A stretch of 64,000 nucleotides of DNA from a virus: IMG/VR virus record IMGVR_UViG_3300035670_000034, positions 64,001-128,000 of that record. One strand, given 5' to 3'. The notes beneath the pieces are model-generated. The model was given only the letters and a program-made list of their open reading frames with translations. It had not been told where the DNA came from and searched no databases. A program made the position numbers and the translations under genes. Below are positions 1 to 9,167 of this stretch, one piece after another; within the stretch, counting starts at the first letter, position 1; every line of letters begins with the position of its first letter.

Positions 1-1399
1 TTCCTGGCGTAACGCCTGGAAGAAGGCTCAGGGTCCCAGACGGTTGGACCGTGGTGAGACGCACCGACTTTGGAAGGCTCTTAGAAACGCTCCAAGAAGC
101 GTCGAACTTCTCCAAGTTCGTATAGGTGTCGTCAAGCCATGAAATCTGCTCCTCCGAACACTGGAGGATTCCCGTAATCGACTGACCCAATCGAGCATTC
201 TTCCTAACGATGTTTGTCGTTTTTTCATATGGGTAAGACATTGTCGTAATGTGCTTCTGCACCTTGTAGAGCAACTGTGAGATATCCATCAACTGCTCTT
301 TATCCTCGACATTTGGAAGGAAGATAGTTGCCAGGTTGCAGGACTCACCGTCAGCAAGGCCGATTTCTGCACATGGGTTGAATCCCTCGATTGAGTTATC
401 TGTTTTTTGTTCGCCAAGTCGGCCGTACTTACGCGCCAACTTGCGATTTACGAGACCGTATGGCTCACCGGAGCCGTCATAGCCCTTCCACAACTCCGGC
501 ATGATTTCTTCGTATGCATCTGCGTAAATGCTGTTATTGCTGTTTGCGCGCCATGCGGGAACAGAGCCAGATGACCAATTCTTGGCGCGAATGAAAAGAA
601 CGTCATCCGGGTCGCCAATTGCAATTTGAGCAGAGCGGCGCGATGAGCCAGAAACAACGATGCGCCCGATGATATTGCAAATATCCAAAACATCAATTGA
701 ACGGAGTTTCTTGCCGACTCGATTTTCCATGACCTTGCAAATATCCGAAACACCATCAATGAGCGCGCCAGGTCCGCTTGCTGTTCCGCCAAATGTCTTA
801 AGCGGCGCTCCATATTCGCGCACCAGAATTGTGGAGTAAGTGAACGACTTTCCAGTGTCAAAATAAGATTTCAAAACAGCATGAAGCAAGCGCTTCCATC
901 CGTGTCGTGAGTCTGGGACGATAATGTCAGCGTCATTGCTGCGTTCGTGAGTGATTGATACACCAGCCTTGACTTTTGGAAGTTCGTGTATTTTGGAGCG
1001 CTCAACGGAGAAGCCAACACCGCCACCCAACATGAGGTACTCGAACAGCATCTCAAAATCTTCGATTGATTCAATGTTGGTGAAGTAACAGTTATTGAGC
1101 GACGTGGCATTGAACTTCTTTACAAGAGGTGTTCCCATTTGCCAAAGTGAGCGACCCGAAAAAGAACAGCGAAGATTAAAGCAGTGGTCAAATAGACGTT
1201 CGGCCTCGGCATCTGTCAATGGCACGCCAGACTCAATGGCGCCATTAATAACTCGCTGAAGAGTTTCGGTCCATGTCTCGTTGTCGCCGTTGTCCTTCTT
1301 GCGACTATATGTACGCAAGAAAACTATTTCCCCAAGACCACCAAAACCCCAAGGGGGTGTTTTTTGAGAATATGAGTCCACAAATGATTGTTCAAGCAT
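1..1399 (-). CDS. nrdJ: Class II (adenosylcobalamin-dependent) ribonucleotide reductase, 3' end beyond window edge
   Basis: Manual translation from ATG at 1399: MLEQSFVDSYSQKTPPWGFGGLGEIVFLRTYSR...NNCYF...GFNPCAEIGL..ESCNLA...LTTVQPSGTLSLLPGVTPG. These are the monomeric RTPR motifs. The frame is open to base 1, so the ORF track missed it. Confidence 0.95.
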   Translation of the reverse strand, partial: MLEQSFVDSYSQKTPPWGFGGLGEIVFLRTYSRKKDNGDNETWTETLQRVINGAIESGVPLTDAEAERLFDHCFNLRCSFSGRSLWQMGTPLVKKFNATSLNNCYFTNIESIEDFEMLFEYLMLGGGVGFSVERSKIHELPKVKAGVSITHERSNDADIIVPDSRHGWKRLLHAVLKSYFDTGKSFTYSTILVREYGAPLKTFGGTASGPGALIDGVSDICKVMENRVGKKLRSIDVLDICNIIGRIVVSGSSRRSAQIAIGDPDDVLFIRAKNWSSGSVPAWRANSNNSIYADAYEEIMPELWKGYDGSGEPYGLVNRKLARKYGRLGEQKTDNSIEGFNPCAEIGLADGESCNLATIFLPNVEDKEQLMDISQLLYKVQKHITTMSYPYEKTTNIVRKNARLGQSITGILQCSEEQISWLDDTYTNLEKFDASWSVSKSLPKSVRLTTVQPSGTLSLLPGVTPG

Positions 1400-1462
1400 G
1401 ATTTTCCCCGTGATATTGTTTTGAGTTGCCCAGAGTACCACAGGGCCAAATACAGAAAGAGT

Positions 1463-1783
1463 CTAAATTAGACCTAAATTTTTTGCTTGCGTGACGGATA
1501 TGACTTTTCCTGCCACCGCCACCAAAACTCTGGTTTTTGTTGTTGGGGTTAATTGTCTTTCGACGTAAACATCTTCTTTGACAACAAATTGTTGAGCATC
1601 TGGGTTGGGTTCTTCGACCCCAAAGCCTATGATGTGGTCTGGTTCTGCTGTGCTTTCCCCAACGCAATCTCCAGTTGGGTGCCCGCAGACTGGGCAAGGC
1701 TGCCTATCGGCAGGGCTTATTTTGATATTGTCACCAATTGAGTATGGTCTCAAAAAATTATTTTTATAAAAAACCATGAACAA
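1463..1783 (-). CDS. Hypothetical protein with CPVCGH Zn-ribbon-like motif
   Basis: 106-aa ORF co-oriented with nrdJ; CxxC...C motif. Confidence 0.6.
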   Translation of the reverse strand: MFMVFYKNNFLRPYSIGDNIKISPADRQPCPVCGHPTGDCVGESTAEPDHIIGFGVEEPNPDAQQFVVKEDVYVERQLTPTTKTRVLVAVAGKVISVTQAKNLGLI

Positions 1784-1795
1784 TTATAACCCTCC

Positions 1796-1868
1796 GGGCC
1801 AGTAACTCAGTGGTTAGAGTAGCACTCTTATAAAGTGCAAGTCGCGGGTTCAATTCCCGTCTGGCCCA
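1796..1868 (+). tRNA. tRNA-Ile with anticodon UAU
   Basis: Acceptor GGGCCAG/CTGGCCC plus discriminator A; D arm CTC..GAG; anticodon stem GCACT/AGTGC with loop CTTATAA (TAT at 1829-1831); T loop TTCAATT; no encoded CCA. Confidence 0.93.
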
Positions 1869-2495
1869 CTAAAATTCTTGTATCAAAAACCCACTTCCTG
1901 TTATGTCGTATGCTATTTCTGGTGTTAGTTGGGTATCTGCAATATCTTTATCTATTTGCCTTCTAAAAGCACTGTGAAGCATGGATGGATATGCATATCT
2001 TTGCACAGTATGTATGGCGTTCTGGGAAAACTCCATTAAGTGCCCCCAGTCGACCCTTCTCCCCAATCCATATTTGTATGGCATGGAAAAAAGATATATA
2101 TCCGGTACACCAACCAATTCGTTTTCCTCACAATGTATAACGGTTAGGCACTCTTTGACTTTGGTCTCGGGTTCCAGAAAAGCCAAGGACAGTTCCCTGT
2201 TTTGCGGTTCGTCCGCAACATACCCCTCGGCAATAAAAGTCAAAGACGTTACACCCAATTGAAATCTTAGAATTTTCATTAACTCATAACACCTGGCAAA
2301 CCTTTTTTGATGGGGCTCTTTCATAAACTTTGATTCAAGTTGGGCACACAAAAATGGCCTATTATCACGCCACGCAAAAAAGTTAAAGGACAGGTCCTCC
2401 CCAACACCTTCGGATTTAACAATTAGATTTTTTGCAAGTTGCGACGCAGTAAGTGTCAATGCAATCTTTGAAAAAGGGTCAAGATATTTGTCCAC
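1869..2495 (-). CDS. Hypothetical protein (208 aa)
   Basis: Long ORF, plausible composition. Confidence 0.75.
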   Translation of the reverse strand: MDKYLDPFSKIALTLTASQLAKNLIVKSEGVGEDLSFNFFAWRDNRPFLCAQLESKFMKEPHQKRFARCYELMKILRFQLGVTSLTFIAEGYVADEPQNRELSLAFLEPETKVKECLTVIHCEENELVGVPDIYLFSMPYKYGLGRRVDWGHLMEFSQNAIHTVQRYAYPSMLHSAFRRQIDKDIADTQLTPEIAYDITGSGFLIQEF

Positions 2496-2556
2496 GCGCT
2501 ACGACATTAGCAATAGTTGCAATGACGATGGGGGATAATGGATTAAGGTTCAATTT

Positions 2557-2799
2557 ATGAGCAAAAAGAAAACATCCAGCAAGAAGCCTTCGACTGCAAA
2601 GAAGAAGCCTTCGACCGCAAAGAAGAAGCCTGCCAATAAGGTCCCACAAAAAATTGAAGTTGATGTGCCGACCGTCGATGAAGTGAAGGACCTTGTTTCC
2701 GACACACTCAACGCCGTGAAGGACAACAACTGGCAAATCACGCCAGCCGTCAAAAAGGGATTTTTGGCAAGAGTTAAGTCTTGGTTTAAGGTAAGTTGA
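2557..2799 (+). CDS. Small basic protein with histone-H1/HupB-tail-like Lys-Ala-Pro repeats
   Basis: MSKKKTSSKKPSTAKKKPSTAKKKPANK; tandem KKPSTAK repeat also visible at DNA level (aagaagccttcgac). Confidence 0.75.
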   Translation: MSKKKTSSKKPSTAKKKPSTAKKKPANKVPQKIEVDVPTVDEVKDLVSDTLNAVKDNNWQITPAVKKGFLARVKSWFKVS

Positions 2800-2954
2800 A
2801 GAAAAAGAGCAAAAACCCTTCAGGTTTGCTCGCCTCAAACCTGGTTGGTGAAAAACTTGCTCGTCGCATGCAGTATGACGACGCTCAAGAACTCATCAAA
2901 TCAGTTACGTTGAGGAACGGCGCGTTCCGAAAAGTCGCCAAGAAGCGTTCTTAA
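2796..2954 (+). CDS. Small basic hypothetical protein (52 aa)
   Basis: TTG start overlapping upstream TGA; below ORF-track cutoff. Confidence 0.45.
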   Translation: MKKKSKNPSGLLASNLVGEKLARRMQYDDAQELIKSVTLRNGAFRKVAKKRS

Positions 2955-3793
2955 TCGACAACTTCTGGGAAGTTCTCCCATGCACCGCCAAAAGGCTTTA
3001 TGACGAGCGTCTTTTCGCGCGTCATCCACTTATTGAATGCGCTGATATAGACGGCAATATTTGTCTTGCTGGCCTGTCGTGACCATTGGCCACGCTGGCG
3101 AGACAGCCAATTGCGCAAGGCTAGGGGTGATTCTCCCGGCTTCAGCCCTGCTCCATCAATGACCAGATTGATAAATGTGTCAACCTTTTCTCGCCCGTGC
3201 TTCTGAGCAGCAAGAATTGCAAACACGCCCCATGCGTGGCGAATGCCACCAACGGCACCATCAGCACGTCGGCTAAGCGAAAGCGCCCAATCCAGCATCT
3301 CGTCGTTTTTGTTGACGTATTCGACAATGTCGTGTCGCTGAACCAAGGACATTGAATTTGAATCCATCGGATTGAGGCCTGCCTCCATGCAAATCATGGT
3401 GCGAGCCATTGGGGTGATGTGTGTTGCGTTGGCTGGCATTCCCGCAGCAGCAAGAGCATCATTCACCGAGCGACCCAGACCCGAGTCAATTGACGTGTAT
3501 GCGGAATCATCAACACCACGCAAGACAAGGCACTGACATGGCTGATTTGACTCAACAATTGCAGTGAGGCGATGCTGACCATTCAGCAATTTGCCACTCT
3601 TGGAGATGGTGATTGCGTCGTTCTGGATTTCCCACAAACCACGCTTCATTGCGTCCGTGTATTGGGCGACACGGTGTTTGCGCAATTTGCGGTTATCGGT
3701 GTTGCCCTCAAGCAACTTTTTGGCAGAAGAGGGAGTGATTACCTCAATTGCAACGGTTATGTCGGATGGGATTGTGTAGTTTTTGTTTGTCAT
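2951..3793 (-). CDS. ParB/DGQHR-like N-terminal domain protein
   Basis: ITPSSAKKLLEGNTDNRKL...GKLLNGQHRLTAIVES motif; upstream TTGGAA-17-TAGGGT promoter. Confidence 0.8.
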   Translation of the reverse strand: MTNKNYTIPSDITVAIEVITPSSAKKLLEGNTDNRKLRKHRVAQYTDAMKRGLWEIQNDAITISKSGKLLNGQHRLTAIVESNQPCQCLVLRGVDDSAYTSIDSGLGRSVNDALAAAGMPANATHITPMARTMICMEAGLNPMDSNSMSLVQRHDIVEYVNKNDEMLDWALSLSRRADGAVGGIRHAWGVFAILAAQKHGREKVDTFINLVIDGAGLKPGESPLALRNWLSRQRGQWSRQASKTNIAVYISAFNKWMTREKTLVIKPFGGAWENFPEVVD

Positions 3794-3846
3794 AGTAAGT
3801 TGTACCCTATCGGTGTTACGGACCTATTCCAACCTGTTGGGAGGAA

Positions 3847-4062
3847 TTATTTCGCGCTCTCTGTGACTCCGGTCATTGACGCCAACTCCTGCTCTATTAG
3901 TGCCTCGAACTCATCACGGTGGTTGTGCTGGAGAACCAGGGAAGCCCGTCTGCGCGCCTCGGCCCTAATTCGGTATTTTTCATGATTGGGCTTGGTTTCT
4001 CCTTTTGCCTTACGTCCACGAGAGATGACTCCGTCTCGCTTTAATTGCTCAAAATTACTCAT
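3847..4062 (-). CDS. Small basic hypothetical protein
   Basis: 71 aa; SD AAGGA; upstream TTGTTT-17-TAGGTT promoter. Confidence 0.75.
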   Translation of the reverse strand: MSNFEQLKRDGVISRGRKAKGETKPNHEKYRIRAEARRRASLVLQHNHRDEFEALIEQELASMTGVTESAK

Positions 4063-4190
4063 TAGTTGTTAATCCTTTATTAGTAGGTGATTTAAACCTA
4101 CAGGTAACGCAGAATAAAAACAACCCCATAATTACCTATTTATGGGATTGGGTTGCAAAAGCCCTTTTATGCCTGTTGAATGTAGGCACT

Positions 4191-4415
4191 ATGGCAAGAC
4201 AACACGGCTCAAAGCAAATAAGAAGATTTCTTTCCGAAATCCAAAAACTTGGTTTCAGGGTAGAAAACATGAACAATAAGTACAAAATCACACCGCCAAG
4301 GCATCTTGGAACACGTGTGTACTTCACGCATGGAACACCAAAGGCAATCAAACCTTTATGCGCTGATTTTAGGAAAATTTACGGAGTTGAACTTGACTGG
4401 CAAGACTTTGTTTAA
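4191..4415 (+). CDS. HicA-like dsRBD-fold protein
   Basis: KQIRRFLSEIQKLGFRVE...YKITPP...YFTHGTP pattern resembles HicA-like family. Confidence 0.5.
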   Translation: MARQHGSKQIRRFLSEIQKLGFRVENMNNKYKITPPRHLGTRVYFTHGTPKAIKPLCADFRKIYGVELDWQDFV

Positions 4416-4708
4416 GTGTTTCTCCTGAGCGGTTTAATTCCCATTTTTTCTGCCGCGCGTTCAAGTCTTTCCGGCAAATCAGAAGATGTTCTGAACTTCG
4501 GAAAAACTTTCGGATACCCAAATCTCGTGTCCATTACAGAAACCCGACCATCGACAGATGTTTTCCAATCTGGAATATTTTTATTCAACCACGCCTCTCC
4601 GTTGCCATTTTTCACGTTTGCCTTGCGAAGTCGCTGATTGAGAACATTTGCATGCTCAGTTAATTTAAGCATCGACTCAATTGACTCTGGCTCGAATGTG
4701 GATGACAT
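4412..4708 (-). CDS. Hypothetical protein
   Basis: 98-aa ORF coupled to upstream gene. Confidence 0.7.
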   Translation of the reverse strand: MSSTFEPESIESMLKLTEHANVLNQRLRKANVKNGNGEAWLNKNIPDWKTSVDGRVSVMDTRFGYPKVFPKFRTSSDLPERLERAAEKMGIKPLRRNT

Positions 4709-5142
4709 TACTTTTTACCGTTGGCCATGATTTCATCAACGATGATTGTGGAATACTTTTTTCTTAGACGCCATATTTTGCTATTCATCTCCATAATGGC
4801 CTCCGTCTGGCGAGCCTTACTGCAAATTTGCGGGTCATACACACCATACTTCTTGAACAACACATCATCAAAATCAGAATTCTCAATGAGGATGTCGGAA
4901 ATCCATTGACCTTTATTATCTATTTGAATCATCAGATTGCAAAGCCCCTCATAACCAAAATCATCAAATACCTTATGAACCACTAATTCACAAAAGTTAT
5001 CGCGGAACATTCTCTCTGCGTGACGACCATCTTTCATGAACTCAGATAAAAAGTCCATTATTTGTTCTTTGTCGTACCTATCGGCATCCGGGTCTTGTGC
5101 ATCGCCTTCGATGTTTTCATTTTCATCTGACATATGAACCAC
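4708..5142 (-). CDS. Acidic hypothetical protein
   Basis: 144-aa ORF. Confidence 0.75.
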   Translation of the reverse strand: MVHMSDENENIEGDAQDPDADRYDKEQIMDFLSEFMKDGRHAERMFRDNFCELVVHKVFDDFGYEGLCNLMIQIDNKGQWISDILIENSDFDDVLFKKYGVYDPQICSKARQTEAIMEMNSKIWRLRKKYSTIIVDEIMANGKK

Positions 5143-5182
5143 CGCCTAAGAGTGACTTAAAACATTATCTCACTAAGCGACG

Positions 5183-6202
5183 TCACGCAAACGACAGTAG
5201 TAGTGCCTCTGTCTGTTTTTTGGTTTTTGTAACCCACGAATAGGTGCTCATGGAAGCATTCGCTTTATTATTAACAGTTGCGTCTCGGTAGTGGTCAAGA
5301 TATTCACCAACTGAGTTGAGCATTGACCAAGCATTATTGCCATATCCGCCAGCGTTATTGGAATTTACGTACAGGCCCTTTACCGTTGACCAGGTTTCCT
5401 CGCGATTTTTCTTTTGACGCTCACTTTCTTCATTTTTCATTGGAAAAATATTGTTGAGGACCTTGTCAATCTTGATTGGATTCATGTCAATTTTCAACAA
5501 TTTCTCCGCCGTGGCGGAGAATGCCTTTGCCCACTCAACGGACATTCCAAGAATTGTCCTAGCCTCTTCCATGGCATTGTCTGCGTTGCGTGTGTGGCGG
5601 GCAGTAAAAACACTCTGAGCAGAACTGAGGCCTGCTATTACCGTGTTCTTGCAAACCGCCCTGATGCTGGTATTGGCAAATGTAATCGGGGTTTTCCCAT
5701 CATGGCCATTGCGAACAAGCAGATAGCGCTGAATCTCGTCCTTAACGCCAATTGGGTCAATAATCAGAGAGCCCAAATCAATGCAGGCAAAAAATTCTCG
5801 CCCTTCATCGAGTACTCCGCATGTATCAACAACAGCGTCGCCACCGGAAGCACCGACAACGTCCAGTGCTCTATCCATAACCTCTCGATTTTGCTGAACA
5901 GTAAAACGTGTTCCAACGGTGGAGAGGCCGTCAAAACTGCCATCTGCGTTAATTCTGATGGTGGCCCTAGAGTCATTGACCCTCACAATCTGCCCATCTG
6001 GATTGCGCAAGATTTCTCCGTTTGCATCCACTGCCGCCACTTCGGCCAGCACGACATCAAAGTCCGCTTCGGCAGCAGCAAGCATTGCCTCTGCTGTTTG
6101 CAAACCCCTCATCGCAACGCCCAACCTGTGCCAGGGGATTTCCCTATCGGCGTAGGCCATTTTTGCTTTTCCTGCTTTGTTTATTTCTATGTTGTGAGCC
6201 AT
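5183..6202 (-). CDS. DUF932 family phage/plasmid protein
   Basis: MAYADREIPWHRLG...AEADFDV...VGTRFTVQQN...YLLVRNGHDG...IRAVCKNT...HTRN; leaderless start 7 nt after TATAGT. Confidence 0.88.
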   Translation of the reverse strand: MAHNIEINKAGKAKMAYADREIPWHRLGVAMRGLQTAEAMLAAAEADFDVVLAEVAAVDANGEILRNPDGQIVRVNDSRATIRINADGSFDGLSTVGTRFTVQQNREVMDRALDVVGASGGDAVVDTCGVLDEGREFFACIDLGSLIIDPIGVKDEIQRYLLVRNGHDGKTPITFANTSIRAVCKNTVIAGLSSAQSVFTARHTRNADNAMEEARTILGMSVEWAKAFSATAEKLLKIDMNPIKIDKVLNNIFPMKNEESERQKKNREETWSTVKGLYVNSNNAGGYGNNAWSMLNSVGEYLDHYRDATVNNKANASMSTYSWVTKTKKQTEALLLSFA

Positions 6203-6278
6203 ACCCTCAACTATATCGGATAAATCTAACCAAAAACAACGGTTGTCAAGTTGGTTTGGGTGCGGGTAGGCTGAAAAT

Positions 6279-6485
6279 ATGAATAATTATGAAAAAGAAA
6301 CTAATGTTTACAAATTTATTGATAAACAAATTGGAGATTTATTATCAATGAGTATTAGAAATACGCATAAACGAATTCCAGTTTTACAAGTAATTAAATT
6401 ACTTTGTGAAATAGAAGATTTGATTCCAGAAGTTGTTATTGATGGCGATGAAATGGTTAAGTATTTTAATAAAAAGAGTCACTAG
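6279..6485 (+). CDS. Hypothetical protein
   Basis: 68-aa AT-rich ORF divergent from DUF932. Confidence 0.6.
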   Translation: MNNYEKETNVYKFIDKQIGDLLSMSIRNTHKRIPVLQVIKLLCEIEDLIPEVVIDGDEMVKYFNKKSH

Positions 6486-6589
6486 GGGAGCAAATCTGCT
6501 AAACTGGTACTAGTCTGTTAGAGAGATAATACGGCGGTTTTTACTAACCAATCGCCAGTTCATATTCCCGACACTCAGGAGAGACACAC

Positions 6590-7204
6590 TTGAATACGTT
6601 TATGGGTTGGGGTTTATCTTTTACCCTATTTTTCCTAGGTATAAACATTCCCGCAAGAGCCGACGCCCCCATGTCGGCCGTTGAGGCCCCAGCAACCCCA
6701 TCGGTACCCGAAGGGCTCGAACACCAATGGTCCCCATGGCCAAGTGAAAAACTTGAGACGTCTAGGGCCGAGGCAAATAAGCCACCAGAGACGGTTTTTA
6801 AATGGGGCGACATTTCCTGGTTGCCGAAACTGGCAACCGAGGCTGGCTGGCCGCCCGAAACCCACAAAAAACTTGGCCAAATCATTCTGAGAGAATCCGG
6901 GGGGTGTCCAAATAGGCGTGGCGGTGATGCCGTTGACCCAAATTGCAATATCACCCACGTAACCACGTGGACTCATCGTTCTGATACTGGATTGTTGCAA
7001 ATCAATGGCGTAAATTACAACACCAAACGCAATAAGTGGGCGCGTGTCTGCCTTGACATGGGCATCTGTTCGCAAGAACCGCTTCTAGACCCCCTCCTAA
7101 ACCTTAAGGCTGGCTATCTTCTCTACACCTACTCAGGCTGGGACCCATGGGACCCCTGTGCGTGGGGTGAAGCGTGGGCGCACCGTTGCAAAAAGAAACC
7201 GTAA
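6590..7204 (+). CDS. Secreted lytic transglycosylase (SLT/lysozyme-like)
   Basis: N-terminal signal/TM; IILRESGG catalytic Glu; DTGLLQIN motif; LLDPLLNLKAG. Confidence 0.85.
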   Translation: MNTFMGWGLSFTLFFLGINIPARADAPMSAVEAPATPSVPEGLEHQWSPWPSEKLETSRAEANKPPETVFKWGDISWLPKLATEAGWPPETHKKLGQIILRESGGCPNRRGGDAVDPNCNITHVTTWTHRSDTGLLQINGVNYNTKRNKWARVCLDMGICSQEPLLDPLLNLKAGYLLYTYSGWDPWDPCAWGEAWAHRCKKKP

Positions 7205-7231
7205 CGGGTTTCTGCGGCTAGTATTTGCCGC

Positions 7232-7540
7232 GTGACAAAGAAAAACATCAGGGGAGAAATCCTAAACGAAACAGAAGCCATCATTAATGGCAAACGCAAC
7301 AGAGACTATGGCGACCCAGTAGAGGACTTTACGACAACTGCCGCACTCTGGCAGACGTATCTTGCCAGAATTTATGCGCGTAGGGGAGAATTAACACTTC
7401 TGCCCCACGATATTGCAGCCATGATGATGCTCCTTAAGATGGCGCGACTTACTTGGACGCCGGAAGAAAAAGACCACTGGATGGACACAATCGGATATGG
7501 GGCACTTGGGTGGGAATGCGCGGTTAGAGAAGATGACTAG
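7232..7540 (+). CDS. DUF6378-like phage protein
   Basis: EAIINGKRNRDYGDPVEDF...AALW..YL...MMLLKMAR...DHWMDTIGYGALG. Confidence 0.8.
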   Translation: MTKKNIRGEILNETEAIINGKRNRDYGDPVEDFTTTAALWQTYLARIYARRGELTLLPHDIAAMMMLLKMARLTWTPEEKDHWMDTIGYGALGWECAVREDD

Positions 7541-7721
7541 CCGAGACACTCACGACATTATTGCCTACGAAACAGAATTGGGTACAAAAGAACCCACCTA
7601 TAGTCCCCCAAGGGAACTGTATGAAGCATATTTGAGGCATATCAATGCAGCAATTATCCATTCCTCCGAGCAGGTTAAGTACTTCGAGGAACTTTTCGAG
7701 GAAACTGACCAAAATGCCTGA
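7533..7721 (+). CDS. Hypothetical protein
   Basis: ATG overlapping upstream stop region. Confidence 0.6.
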   Translation: MTSRDTHDIIAYETELGTKEPTYSPPRELYEAYLRHINAAIIHSSEQVKYFEELFEETDQNA

Positions 7722-8139
7722 CGAAAAAGAAGAAGAACTTCTTACCCCTGACGAAATTAAGTCAGTTTTAGTCGAAATAATCGACAAAATTCAACCGCCG
7801 TGGGGCAAAACGATTGCATGCGATGATGGTTGGCATCAATTGGTCGCAAAATGCCACTTGGAACTCAAGGCCATGGACCCCAACTATGAGATTTTTCAAA
7901 TAAAAGAGAAGTTTGGGACACTTCGTTTCTATTTTTTGACTCGAAAAAACGATTATGTCGAATTGGAAATGTGGAAAATATCCCAAAAATATGAATTGGC
8001 TTCAGCCGAGATATGTGAAATAACTGGAAAACCTGGAAAATTGATGCATAAAAATGGCCGCTACAAAACTCTTGCAGAGGAATACGCCCAGGATGGTTGG
8101 ATGGTAGTCGAAACTGCAACTACCGACCAATTATCATAG
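7714..8139 (+). CDS. Conserved phage hypothetical protein
   Basis: GWHQLV...IFQIKEKFGTLRFY...SAEICEITGKPG pattern common in phage proteins. Confidence 0.75.
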   Translation: MPDEKEEELLTPDEIKSVLVEIIDKIQPPWGKTIACDDGWHQLVAKCHLELKAMDPNYEIFQIKEKFGTLRFYFLTRKNDYVELEMWKISQKYELASAEICEITGKPGKLMHKNGRYKTLAEEYAQDGWMVVETATTDQLS

Positions 8140-8143
8140 TGAA

Positions 8144-8542
8144 GTGACCACGGAACACAGAAAAGCACCGCGTAAAAAAGTTATCTCAATTCATAGAGTC
8201 GGAGCATGGGGCCACATACTCTACGAACATAGACTTGAGTGTGGTCACACAGAGAGGAGGCCCAGGGCGGCTTCTTCTGAAACCCTTGCTTGCGCTTGGT
8301 GCTTTCGCTCACAAGCAAAAGAAATAGAAATAAGAGCGCTTGGCACACCCGCAAAGTCGGTAGATTTTGACGCTGCAGACAATGAAATAGATATTGCACG
8401 AATAAAAGCACAACTTGCGCACGTCCTTAGCGTGGCGCTTGAGCAGGTCGAAATATCCGTGGTTGACAAACTTGGCGAGCAAAAAATATCTGGCGCCGTT
8501 GTGTTCCTGTCGGAGGGGAATGTACGTAAACTAATCGGCTAA
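8144..8542 (+). CDS. Hypothetical protein (CGH...CAWC Zn motif)
   Basis: 132-aa ORF in operon. Confidence 0.75.
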   Translation: MTTEHRKAPRKKVISIHRVGAWGHILYEHRLECGHTERRPRAASSETLACAWCFRSQAKEIEIRALGTPAKSVDFDAADNEIDIARIKAQLAHVLSVALEQVEISVVDKLGEQKISGAVVFLSEGNVRKLIG

Positions 8543-8558
8543 TGGGAAAGGGGACAAA

Positions 8559-9167
8559 ATGAGCAAGCGCAAAGAGTTCACCGAAGAGCAAAAGCAGGAG
8601 ATAATCCGATATCGGAGGGAAGGAAAATCATGCGAACTTATCGCCTTCTTTTTGCATTGCGGAAAAGAACGGGTTCGTAGATTCTGCAAGGAAAACGACA
8701 TTCCAGTCGGCCAACCATCACGACAAAATAGTCATTATCCATCAAAATCCGTAGCAGAAGCGCAGATAATCTACACGCCATATCCGGATTTCTCGCTTGC
8801 CGCATGTCGAGGAGAAAGTATTCAAACGTTTTTTCCATCTGCGCGAATGGCAAATGGGAATAAATCGGAAAAATTAAATTACTCGAGAGTTGTTATTAGG
8901 GCAAAAAAATTTTGTTCAGATTGTCCAGTGCAAGAAAAATGTCTTGATTATGCACTGCTTGCAGAGCCACATGGGATATGGGGTGGGACAACCGAAGAGG
9001 AGCGCGAATACCTTCGTTTAAAACTAAACATTAAATGCGAACGTGATTCTGGCCTTTCTACACGAATGGTTCGTCGCCATCTGGGCACGCATACATTCAA
9101 AATGAACAATTTGACCAAGTATGACTTGAATCCGATTGTTTCTTCGAGGCTTTCAACACGTGTCTAG
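8559..9167 (+). CDS. whiB: WhiB-family Fe-S transcription factor with N-terminal HTH
   Basis: ACRG...FFP...AKKFCSDCPVQEKCLDYAL...GIWGGTTEEER; N-terminal FTEEQKQEIIRYRREGKS..LIA HTH. Confidence 0.92.
   Translation: MSKRKEFTEEQKQEIIRYRREGKSCELIAFFLHCGKERVRRFCKENDIPVGQPSRQNSHYPSKSVAEAQIIYTPYPDFSLAACRGESIQTFFPSARMANGNKSEKLNYSRVVIRAKKFCSDCPVQEKCLDYALLAEPHGIWGGTTEEEREYLRLKLNIKCERDSGLSTRMVRRHLGTHTFKMNNLTKYDLNPIVSSRLSTRV

Noticed and set aside
28-1110. Track ORFs 28-228, 448-861 and 871-1110
   Set aside because: Out-of-frame shadows of the nrdJ reading frame (1399 to <1)
5414-6223. 269-aa plus-strand ORF
   Set aside because: Antisense to the well-supported DUF932 gene
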